Source of the DNA: Reclinomonas americana ATCC 50394
Taxonomy: Eukaryota
Assembly: GCA_048213135.1 (NCBI GenBank)
Contig: PS015536.1
Span: forward strand, 74,173 to 125,198
Direction of reading: 5' to 3'
DNA: 51,026 bases
In this document: piece by piece, positions 12,790 to 23,310 of the stretch
How positions within the stretch are numbered: the first letter of the stretch is position 1
How the letters are laid out: each line of letters starts with the position of its first letter
The notes under the pieces: generated by a model
What the model was told of the DNA's origin: nothing
The model's database searches: none
Seen by the model: only the letters and a program-made list of their open reading frames with translations
Translations under genes and position numbers: made by a program

Positions 12790-12938
12790 ACTCACTCACT
12801 CACACTCTGCTCTCCCTCCTTCCTCACCTTATCCATCTTCTTGCTGTCAAACTTGACCGTCTCAAACAGCGACAGCTCATCCTCCGTGAACTGCGGCTGC
12901 TCCGTCGACAAGAGCTGCGAAAACGTCGGCGATGCCAT
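10203..12938 (-). CDS. Protein with two tandem EF-hand (NCS/CBL-like) modules; middle exons lie on an inverted contig at 10946-11562
   Basis: Two homologous repeats: AMDPSTPHNLGEMACNVRLKYMFAFYDKDGDKLLNPAEM...GKLRGTSTLFR and AADPGTAHNIGGVPFQVRLGYIFAFYNK...GDGTLDRQDI...GTIRGTSQLFR. Confidence 0.7.
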
Positions 12939-13170
12939 TCCTAGAGAGAGTGACACGCGTGAGAGGTGCGTGTGCGTGCAAGGACATTTTCGTTCTCAAA
13001 CACACGCGCACACACACAAGCGCTCTGCTATCTCACACTGCAAGACATGCACGTGCTCTGCGTGGCGACTGACGTGAGTCTGTGTGTGCTCACCTGCACG
13101 TGCGTGTGTGTGTGTGTGTGTGTGAACGAATCTGCTGCAATCAATCGACTGCGTAATCACTCACTCAACG

Positions 13171-14988
13171 ATGGCAAACGAGCCTGCGGTGTACGGCCTC
13201 AAGTACCAGGTGCGTCCCTTCTCTCTGTCTCACACACAGTGAAACAATGGCTCACAACTGGTTGCAGGCGCGCGCACTGTGCAATGTGCCCGCGGACTCG
13301 GATGCACACACGTTCTTTGTGGCGACGCAGGTACACACACACAGAGGCACACAGAGGCACAAACAGCTGTGCTCACTCCTTCCCACTCTCTTATCTCTCA
13401 CATCACACAGGCTCTACTGTACGACAACGAGTTCTACGTGTTGGTGTACAACGAGGACGACAGACGCATGTTTGTGCAGGTTGGTGGTGTGCATTCTCTG
13501 TTCATGACTTGTCATCGATCTGACTCTTGCTCGCAGAGCATTTACACCCACAAACCCGAAGTCTGGGCACTGGCCTCGGCTCCCTGGCGCAAGTCCGTCT
13601 TCTGCTCGGCCTACAACCTCGGCTCCAGCGGCTTCCACGCCTCTCTCTGGCGTCTCCCTTGCGTTTCGTGGCTTTCCCGCGTGTGCTTTTTTTTCGTCGC
13701 TGTGGCGTGCTCACTGTCGCCACAGATGGAGGACGATGCGTCGGCCGGTAGCACGATGAAGGAACTGACGCGTCTTGGTGGCGATCCGGGTGAGACGGCC
13801 TCGATTCACGAGGGCTCCATCAAGTCGCTGCTGTTCGGCCCGGTCGGTTATCGGGACTCGCTGGTGACGGTGGACGACACCACAGTGCATCTGTGGACGG
13901 TGGAGGACGCGGGCGCGCATGCCATTGAGAAGCAGCATTTCCAGCTTGGCATGCAGCGGTTAGTGATGGCCGCGTGGGATACGCAGCACACGGATCGCAT
14001 TGTGGTCGGCAGCGAGAAGGCTGTGGATTTGCTGGACATTCGCACCGGAAAGTTGCGTTTGCGCGTGTGTATGCTGCCTCATCGGCCTCATATTTGTGCA
14101 CGAGCTGACGCACACACACACTCAGGTCGATGTTGAGCTTCCAACCGCACACGTTGCCACTGAGGTGTCTCGACTGCAACCCGAATGTGCCCGAGCAGAT
14201 TTGCACGGCGGGCGAGGATCAGGTTTTGTTGTTGCCCGGGGTGTGTGTGAGCGGCCTTTCGTGTGGAAATTGACTCGTTGGTGCCGCCGCAGCGCATCAG
14301 CATATGGGATGTGAGGAATACGGACAAGCCCATTGTTTCCAAGATCAGTCACAGCCACTGGTGCGGATTGTGGCTGAGGAGAGGGCGTTGTGGTCTCGCG
14401 CATGTACCCACTGACAGCGATGATTGTGTTGCGCAGGATCACAAGTGTCACCTACAACCCCTTTTACGGTGTGTGCACTGTCGGTCATTGCGCTGCGATC
14501 GCATTGAACTCATTGTCGTACTCGTGGCCTGCAGATCAATTGTTGCTCACCGCGTCCACCGACACGTTGGTGCAACTGTGGGGAGTTGAGTGGCGGCGTC
14601 ATGCGTCACCCTGTCTACATCATGATTGACTGTATATACGACCTGCAGATCGAAACAATCAGCTCTGCCGCTCGCCCTGAATCGTTACATGCACAACGCG
14701 AGTGCATGTCAGCAGAGCACCGTATCTCACACATATGCTTCTCATGCAGAACACCACAACCACCGACGCTGGTGGCACGAGTGGACAAGCACGAGGATAG
14801 TGTCACTGCTGCGTGCTGGTCAGCCGCGGGCCCGTGGGTGTTTGCAAGCTTGTCGTATGATGGTGCGCATGTGGACTTGGTTGTCACGTCTCGCGTCGAT
14901 CTGGACACTCATCTCTCTCGTCACAGGTCGCGTGCTGCTTCACAACGTCCCACAAGGCGAAAAGTACAAGATCCTGCTGGTTGAGTGA
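13171..14988 (+). CDS. EIPR1: EARP/GARP-interacting WD40 protein (TSSC1/EIPR1), ~11 introns
   Basis: N-terminus VYGLKYQARAL...[64 protein letters not shown] and C-terminus EKYKILL match the family. Confidence 0.9.
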
Positions 14989-15100
14989 TCAGCATTTGAC
15001 CCATGACTCCACTCACAGTGAATCCACGCTGCTACTTTCGTGTAATTGCTGTTGATTTCTTTTTCACTCGGTGCGGTTGGCGTTCAAGAGGGACGAATAC

Positions 15101-18100
15101 TTAAATCTCACGACCCTCGTCGTCCAAGTTGCGCGTTGCGAATCTAAAGAGGGAGCCCGCATTGGTGGTTGTCGAGCTGGGTGGACTCTGCGTCGTGCGC
15201 GGACTCTGCGTCGTGCGCGGACTCTGCGTCGCGGGTGGACTCTGCGTCGGCGGTGCCGCGGCAGTGGCAGGGGCCGAGCCGAAGCGTTCCACTGGCGGTG
15301 TTGGTGAAGGTGTTGGTGACGGCGATGACGCCTCACTGGCGGCGAGAATGCTGGACGCCTTGCGCAGATCGACCGATTGCACCGCGCGTCGCGACGACGG
15401 CGCGGCAGTGAGGTCGCCGAACGGATTGGAGCTGCGGGTACTGCTGTGGCTGCTCGGTGGCGTCACCTGCATGCTGGCGTGGTGCGCGCGCATACCGAGT
15501 CGCTGAGACGACGTTTCCGACGGCACCAAGAGTGGCGGAGGGGCGCGCGTGGTTGGTGGTGACCGTGGCATGCTGCCCGTGGCAGAGAGGCGTGAGCTGT
15601 TTCGCGTGTGCACCAGTGGTGGCGGGGTCGCTGGTGGCATCTGGCCGGGACTGTCGGATCGTGCCTACCAGACAGAATATGAGTATGGAGGGAGCAACAG
15701 ACGCAGCAGAGAGCACCCACGCACCCATCCACCACCAAGCAGTGCACCCTCTTCGTCGTCTTGCGAGTTGGTCGACATGCGTCGATCGCCGAGACCAGTC
15801 GTCGTCGAAGACGGTGGCGGGCACACAACTGGGTCGGTGGAGGCCGAGATGCTGGAGGCGCCGTGGGCAGCCATCTGCGAGCACGTGTCAGTCACCGTAC
15901 GTGCGTGTGTTCGTGATCGATGGCAATGAGTGAACGAACAGCTTCCGCCACGTAGGAGGCTGGCAGCTGCACTTGCACGACGAGGTTCGTCGGGGTCTTT
16001 GCCGCCGTGCCAACGTCCGCAGTGCCGGCACCAGCGACCACGCCAGTGGCGCCCGGTGCGGCGCTGGAGAGGTCGTCGAGGGTGATGGACTGCACAGCAT
16101 CGCAGAGTGAGGAGAGGCAACCGTCAAAACCGTCACGTGCAGAACGCAACCGATGGGAGACCACCGTGGTGGTCATCGATGCTGCTGATGCGCGTGGCCT
16201 TGCCCTCGCTGTCCACCACTGACCAGGTGAGCTTGGCGCGGCGCTTCTGACGCTTCTGGACCTGTGGCGATGAACGGAAGAGAATGAGTACGCAGGCGAA
16301 AGAGTGACAGAAAGGTGCAAGTGCACACACCAGGCGGATGAGGAACTGTACTGCGACTAGACCGCCGATACACAAGAGCAGTAGCGGGGCGACAACGGTC
16401 TGTGAACGAAACGAAAGTCAGAAAAACACTGGCGACAGCGGTGGACCGAGTACGAGAGTCGCACAAGTGGGATCCTGAGTCTGCGATGAGAGGGCGGAGG
16501 AGTGAGAACAGCGGAGCGAGATTAGTAGCAAGACTTGACGCAAAGAAACGAAACAGTCTGCGCACAGAACGAGGACACGTGAGAAGCCGGGGATGAGAGC
16601 CAAGAGAGAGCAAAGAGAGAGAGACAAAGAGTAGGACTCACCCGTATGGAATCGGTGCAATGAACCACACCATCCATTCGGCACGGCGCTGCAGCTTGTC
16701 GACCAGCTCCGATTGTTGTTTCTGCGAAGAGGCGGAGAGAAGTGAGCCACGCCGCACTGTAAAGAAATCAAAGAATGTGGCGAACCATCATCAGTGTAGA
16801 AACCAAAATGTACCACACCAGCCTGCGCCAGAAGAATCAGCACCACTTTCCAAACTTGATTCTCTCCACTGCCAACACACGCAACGTGGTCAACGTGATA
16901 AAGTACGAGATGAGCATGAAACGATCGGCAAATGTCTGCTCGCAGGTGAGCAAAGTGCATGCGACATGAACTCATGCGAGGCGCTCACCATGGTGCCCGA
17001 TGGCACGCCCAAGTTGTCTGTCGATAGAGGGGATGGGGTGAGAGTGTGTAGATCAAATTTCGTTGACGAACATTCACGAAACAATGATACATGACGAGGG
17101 CCTGCGAAGAGGCGGAGAAGTGAGCATGAAGCGCATGTGACATGCGACGGCGATCACGACAGCACGCAACGACAAAGGAGTTGGTGACGAGACCAAACGA
17201 CGTGGACAGGTAGTCCTTGTAGGAGAGCGAGAACGACGACAACACAATCAACTGTCGTGCGCTCATACAGTGAGCAGCAGCGACACTTGGAAGGAAGAAG
17301 GGCGAAACGCACAACAATGAATATCGGCGGTAGAAGAGTCTGCAGAAGCGAGAGTTAGTTGTGGAGGAGAGGATTTGTACACGCCATCCACTTGCCTTGG
17401 AGAAGCACTTGAAATCTGCGACAGCGAGCGAGTGTGTGAGTGGCTTCTCATCGGGAAAACACAGCAACACGAGAATGGCGACGACTCACATGGTCTGTTG
17501 ATGGGCATAATGTACTCGAGCATGGGCGTGGTGGCCAGACCGCGCTTGTACATGGTCATGCCTTTGAACTGGACCAGTGGGTCGTCAAACTCCCAACCAG
17601 GAATGACTGGTAATGCTCCGTGAGCACTCTGACGAAAGCGATCTCCCTCTCATCGCCTCACGCAACTGATATCATCAGCGTATCCACTGGCCTCGGGTAT
17701 GAACTCCATATGCGTGACGCCATTCACCCAAAAGCGAATGTTGAGTCGCTCCACCTGCGTCACACGCAAGCAAAATCAGGCACTGGCATCAGTCACCAGT
17801 CACCGCAGTGCCGCAACATCAAACGGAAAGTCTTGAGCTTCCAGCGGCCAGTTGAGCGTCGTGCGACAGATGGTGTAGCAGTCGGAGGGAAAGTACGTGC
17901 CTTCATGGACGATCATGAGCCGCTACGAAGACAACTGCAAGTGCTGCAGTGGAGACGCAACATCGCACCCACAAGCCCGCATTGTCGACCCACGGGTCCT
18001 GTGACCCATCCGCGGCCGGCATCCAGCAGGCGTTCTCCGGTTGCGGAGTGCGAAAGGTGAAGACGAGAGTGGCGTCAAAGGCGCCCGTGTCGACCACCAC

Positions 18101-18284
18101 ATTCGCAATCTTCAAGAGAACGAGACAGTGAGACAACAAGAGAGAGCAGCAAGTGTCGTGCGCTCGTAACTTTGGAGACAAAGAGGCCCACGCGGAGAGA
18201 CGAGGGAGGTGATGCCGCGTGAGTGGTGCAGGCAGTGAGCAGCAGAAGGAGGAGGAGAAGGAGAAGGGGACGAGAAGCGTGCAT
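15101..18284 (-). CDS. Cys-less (Pro-loop) pentameric ligand-gated ion channel subunit A, with extra TM helix and long S/P/T-rich tail, ~16 introns
   Basis: Signal peptide MHASRPLLLLLLLLLL; RVGLFVSKIANVVVDTGAFDATLVF; QDFPFD Pro-loop; IPGWEF; M1 TLLPPIFIVLIVLSSF; M2-M3 NLGVPSGTMTFADRFMLISY; M4 WMVWFIAPIPY; further helix TVVAPLLLLCIGGLVAVQFLIRL. Confidence 0.75.
15181..15250. repeat. 18-bp coding tandem repeat (~4 copies) encoding TQSP(P/R)(A/T)
   Basis: GGACTCTGCGTCG recurs every 18 nt and translates on (-) as PTQSPPATQSPRTTQSPRTTQSPP. Confidence 0.9.
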
Positions 18285-18604
18285 GTTGGTGTGTGTGAGA
18301 GTGAGAGAGTGTGCAGCCACCCGCTCACTCCAAGGTGGAGGAGAAGATCGATGGCCAACTGACTGACTGAGTGTTTTTTCGCAACAAGGGCGCAGCGAAT
18401 GCTTTTCACTCTTTCGGAGTTGCATCTGAGGCATGACAGCTGCTGCATTCGTGCTTGCATCGGCCACGACACGTACAGCAGAATCGCAGCACGTCGTGCC
18501 TGCTGAATCTTTCTGCTGCTCAACTCGTCTCACCCCGACACCACCTCTGTCACGCGCGTGTGTGTACGTGTGCATCCTTTCCCACCTCAAGAACACCTCC
18601 TGAC

Positions 18605-19615
18605 ATGCATTCCAGCTTTGCTCGACTGGCGGTATACACCTGTCATTGTCGTCGCCTTCCCTCAGTCAGTCATTCACTCAGTTGTCGACAGATCCCGTGT
18701 CGATCGTTGGTGACGGCCGCCGTTTGTCGCATTCTACGCGTTGTCGGTCACACTCCGACTGCGCCGAGCATTCTTCCGCAGTCGACGTTCGCCACGCGGT
18801 TGCGTTTCCTGCTTGCTGGCTGCGGCACTCTTTTTATTTGTTATTTTCCTTCTTTCCGTTCCTCCTCCTGACCTGTCGCGAAGAGAATTCTCGGTTTCGA
18901 GGAATCGATTCGCGTGGTGGTGCTCACACGCGGAAGCAGGTCGTCGTATTCCTTCCCGTTGTTTATCACCGCTTCTACGAGAGCATTTGCCACCACCTCG
19001 AAGGCTCAACAGTCTGTCACCAGCACCAGCACCACCGCCAACAAGATGTCGATGCAGGCCTCGCAGCAACCCGACGTGGTCGACTTTATCATCACCGACC
19101 ACCAGGTGATGAAGGACAAGCTGTCGGAGCTGAAGAATGCCGCCAGGGAGCAGCGCCAGTTGCTGCTGGAGCAAGCGGGCGCCATGCTGCGCGCGCATCA
19201 GCGAGCCGAGGAGCAGCACGTGTACCCGGGCCTGGCCAATCAGGGCTCGGTGGAGAAGGGCCTGGTCCAGCACGCTTTCGACGAGCACCGCGAGGCCGAG
19301 GCGCTGCTGATGCAGCTCGAGGCGTGTTCGATCGACTCGGCCGAGTTCGACAAGGTGCTGGGCGAGCTCGAAAAGGGCGTGCTGCACCACATGAACGAGG
19401 AGGAGACGAAGGTGCTGCCGACGATGCGACGCGAGCTGGAGCGCCAGCGGCTGCTGGACATGGGTGTCAAGTTTGAGCGCCAACGCTTGGCCGAGATGGC
19501 CGCGGAGGCGCCGTCGGCCTCCAAGTTGTCGGCCGCCTCCACCGCCACCGCAGCGCTCGGCGGAACAGCAACAACGACATCATCGACCACGACCTCCTCT
19601 CGCGGAACCGCCTAG
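18605..19615 (+). CDS. Hemerythrin-like (HHE) domain protein with predicted mitochondrial presequence
   Basis: DH...AHQRAEEQHVYP...EH...HHMNEEETKVLP di-iron motifs. Inferred introns 18632-18691 and 18799-18939 join an R/S/A-rich, acid-free N-terminus. Confidence 0.8.
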
Positions 19616-19728
19616 TGAGAGAGCACAGCTGTAGGAAAAATAGCAAGACCTTGTTAGAGGGCAGGGCAGACAGAGTGTATCTGCGGAAGTTGTCCCACTC
19701 TCTTCTCCGTGCTCGAGTGGAGACGGGG

Positions 19729-20946
19729 ATGCGTCCGTCCAGCGTGAAGGCCGTGAATGCGACACTTGCCGTTGTGCGAGCCAAGCAGGGTGAGCTGCTC
19801 TCATCCTTTGTCTGTGGCCGACTCACGCACTGAAGAAGAGACACAGCTGTGAGTCGGAAGACGCGATGGATGTACATTGTGTTTCACACGATTGTCTTTC
19901 TCGCCGCCAGTGCCGTGCTCATCTGCACGGTCTACGATGACGCCGAGAATGCAGAGATGCGGTGCGTCTCTCATGATCACACTCACATCAAATCACTCAT
20001 TCCCACACTCATCAGGGGACTGGTGGAGCGCGCACGACAGTCGTTCAAGCAGGCCACATCGCTGCTGATGCAGCCGCATGTGGCCTTGTTTGTCATTGCA
20101 GCAGTTGCGGGCGGAACGACAAGAGTTGTCTTTCATCATCATTGTCGCAGAGTCACTGACTCGCAGAGATCCGCACCCTGCAGTACGCACTGTGGATTGT
20201 CTCTGCCGCCACCAAGCAGTTTGTGCTGTCACAGGTGGGCGTTACTCGCGTTGTTCTATGTCATGGCGGGCACTTCTCACTGTGTTTATCCTTGTAGCCG
20301 TGGAAGAGCGTCCTCGGCAAGTCACCCAAGGTCTGCTCCTCAGACATCTTCCACTGTCACTTGTTCGCTTACTCCCTCCTTGCCGGAAACCAACAGTCGG
20401 AAGTGGAGCGCGTGGCGCACGGCATCTCGCTCTTCGTGTACGCCATCGGCCTCATCTTCGTGCTCAGCAACTTTGGTCTCGACACCACCGTGTTGACCTC
20501 CTCGATGGGCATCACCGCCGTGGCCGCGGGCTTTGCGTTGCGCGAGTTTGCCATGAATGTGATTTGCGGACTCTTCCTGTTGGCGTACGACCAGTACCTG
20601 CCGTTGCGTCCATCTCGCTGTTTATTGTGCGTTCTCCATGTGCTCACGGTGTGCACGTGTGTGGGGCAGAGGCGATCGCATCAAAGTCAAGGATTTCGAG
20701 GGCATCGTGTCGAAAGTGGTGCGTGACAGCAGTCCATCGCCACCCCCCCGCACTCTCACAACGCTGACTCCCGTCGTGCAGCATCTGCGCTACACAGTGG
20801 TACAAGGCGTCGACGCCAAGGACGGCCAGCTCTTCTACATCCCCAATCGCGACATGACCGAGTCCATCGTGACCCTCATCAGCCGCGCTCCCGACGCCGA
20901 GCCTGCGCCCTCTCCCTCCAGCGACGAAGGCAGCCCATCACAGTAA
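19729..20946 (+). CDS. Small-conductance mechanosensitive channel (MscS family), ~7 introns
   Basis: LSNFGLDTTVLTSSMGITAVAAGFALREFAMNVICGLFLL, YLPGDRIKVKDFEGIVSKVHLRYT, FYIPN. Confidence 0.85.
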
Positions 20947-20958
20947 ACAAAAAAAGAC

Positions 20959-21519
20959 TCACAGCTTGGTACGCGTCAACAGCGGTGGATCCAGTGCCAT
21001 CAGCAACGCCGACGAGAACACCGCCGACGCCGCTCCCACATCGCCCCACCGCAGAATCGCCTCACACACCGCCTCCGCCTCCTCCACCACCATCAAGTCA
21101 CACACAAAACGTCGCACACTGCTGCAGTCCTCGCCCTCCAACGGCAACGCCAGCAGGTCGCTGCTCTCATCGCCCGCTCGTCGATGCGTAAACACCACTG
21201 CCTGCACGCGCGACGACGACGACGACAAGCGCAGCATTGCCTCCACATCTACGCTCTTGGCGGCAGACACGGGCACCAGAAGCACCAGTGCATCGCAGGC
21301 AACCAGATCATCCACGACACTCTCACGCGTGTGACTGACAGCAACGCGCAGTGAGTCACAGAGAGAGAGAGTGTGTGTTGTGTGTGTGTGTGTGTACAAG
21401 TGACAACGCAACAGCACCAGTGGCAATGGGGGTTGGAACCTGCTCACAGCCGCACTCGTACATCGCTCACAGAACGTGCGTTTGCCGCTGCCGGGTGCAC
21501 CACACACGACAACGCGCAT
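20959..21519 (-). CDS. Small P-loop GTPase-like protein, probable CENP-M homolog
   Basis: VVVCGAPGSGKRT P-loop. DALVLLV and the C-terminal FVCDLMV...ILRWG...SSALLMAL resemble the CENP-M LLYCDLEV...GVSALNLL region (from memory). One intron. Confidence 0.45.
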   Translation of the reverse strand: MRVVVCGAPGSGKRTFCERCTSAAVSRFQPPLPLVLLRCHLYTHTHTTHTLSLCDSLRVAVSHTRESVVDDLVACDALVLLVPVSAAKSVDVEAMLRLSSSSSRVQAVVFTHRRAGDESSDLLALPLEGEDCSSVRRFVCDLMVVEEAEAVCEAILRWGDVGAASAVFSSALLMALDPPLLTRTKL

Positions 21520-21630
21520 TGTGAGTGAGGGGTTACCGCAGGTGGCTGCGGCGGGGAAAGTGCCGCGCGGTAACCCACATTCACTTTCTTTGCGCCACTT
21601 GTTTTGTGTGCTATCCTCGCTTCCGTTATC

Positions 21631-23124
21631 ATGTCGTTCGGCATCAAGGGTTGCGTTGCGGGTAGAGGAGAAGAGGGGGAGGAGCGATAGAGTGCAATGC
21701 AGTTTGTTTTTGTGTTGTTTGGTGTGAAATGGCGCTCTCTCTCTCACAACTTTGTGTCTGTCTGTGTGTGCATTAGTTCTGGGCACTCGCGGTGCGGTGC
21801 AGGCCGAGTCTGCGCAGTTCACAGTCGGCTCTGCGCGTCAGAAGGCCTTCTGGGGTCAAGTGGTGACGCTGTTGCGTGAGGAGTGCCATGCTCATGACGC
21901 ACACACCTCTCTCTGTCTCCCTCTCTCTCTTTCTCGCACCCAACTGACACACACACGCACGCACACACGTTGCATGTCTTTGGTGCTGTCTCTCTCTCTC
22001 ACACACTGTGTGCAGGCCAATGGGTGACGGCGCACTGCTGGTGCAGTTGTTTGACGATGACGATCAGGAGGCTGGTGAGTGTGTGTCTCTCTCTCTCTTG
22101 TGCATCAGTGTCAGAGCAAGTGAGGGATGAGAAAGGAGAGAGAGAGAAGAGAAAGAGAGAAGTGTAATGTTGCATGGTGATCGTATTTGAAGTGCATTGC
22201 ATCGCGTGGTGCGTGTATGTGTGTGTCGTGTCTTTATGTGCGTGCGTGTGTGTGTGTATGTGTGTGCGTGTGTGTGTATGTGCATCGTATGCTCAGCCTT
22301 CGTCCTCTTCTTCTTTCTCGTTCTTTTGTCGCAGCTCGCGTGACCATTGACCTGCACACTGTGGCTCCCAACTCGAGCGACTGGTTCGACCTGAGCAACG
22401 GCTCTGGCGCTGTGCAGCTGAACTTTGAGGCCGTCGGCGGTTGCGTCCTCTTTCTCTTGATGATGATGATGATGATCGCGCACCTCTCATGACTCGTCTG
22501 GCTAATGTAATAGGTGCCGTGGCCATGGACGACGATCCGTTTGGCGCACCGGCGGCCTCGGGCTCTGGCTTCCAGCAGGTCGACTCCGAGGAGGAGGAGG
22601 AAGAGGAGGAGAGCGAGGAGGAGGAGGAGGAGCACCACAGCTCGGAGCCAACGCCGCTCATGTTGTGGCAGGAGAAGCACAACGCGGAGCTCATTGAGCG
22701 CGCCACTGCCGCGCGTGCCAAGCGCGACGAGCGCAAGACCGGTGCCCGTGACTGGTTGAAGAAGTTCTACGAGGATCGCGACGGCAAGCTGTCTGCCAAG
22801 CAGAAGCTCAACCGGTGCGCTTGACATTTTCATTAACCACTCATCCCTTCCTTACCGCCCTTCTCAACCCCGCCCCGCATGTGCAGCCAACAAAACCAGG
22901 CTCTGGTGGAGAAGATCAATGCCAACCTCGGCGTTGGTCAGATCTGGGAGCGTGTCAGCAACCTCATCAACATGGGCGCCAACTCGGCCGGTCGCAAGGA
23001 CGTGGCTCGCATGCGCTCTGTCCTGCTGCAGGTGAAGAACTCGACTCCGGCTCACTTGGCGCGTCACGACGCCGTCGCTGCTGGCGGCCGTGGCGGTGCT
23101 TCGGGCTCGGCCGATCTGTTCTAA
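21631..23124 (+). CDS. Clathrin light chain with N-terminal C2-like beta domain
   Basis: CLC motifs LMLWQEK, WLKKFYEDR, WERVSNLI, KDVARMRSVLLQVK and an acidic tract. Upstream exons (21631-21649, 21777-21870, ~22016-22074, ~22335-22439) splice in frame. Confidence 0.8.
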
Positions 23125-23310
23125 GCTCTTTCTCTCTGTTTCTCTGTGTGTGTGTTTTTGTGGCAAATATGGTCTTTTTTAAGCGCTGTCTCGTCGTGTG
23201 CGTGTTCTCCTCCTCCTCTTGTTCTTCTTTCATTTTTACGTGAGTACACTTGTGCACAACAGACTGTGGTTACCTCCTCCTTTCTCCTCCCTCTACTGTG
23301 TCAATTGTCT

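Noticed and set aside
15181-15250. CRISPR-like repeat
   Set aside because: Contiguous 18-bp coding repeat without spacers, in a eukaryotic context.
16537-16560. 3-nt microexon (ACT) in pLGIC-A
   Set aside because: An 18-nt exon or exon skipping also keeps frame; cannot be resolved without RNA.
18734-19483. Long antisense ORF over the hemerythrin gene
   Set aside because: Shadow of GC3-rich codon usage on the sense strand.
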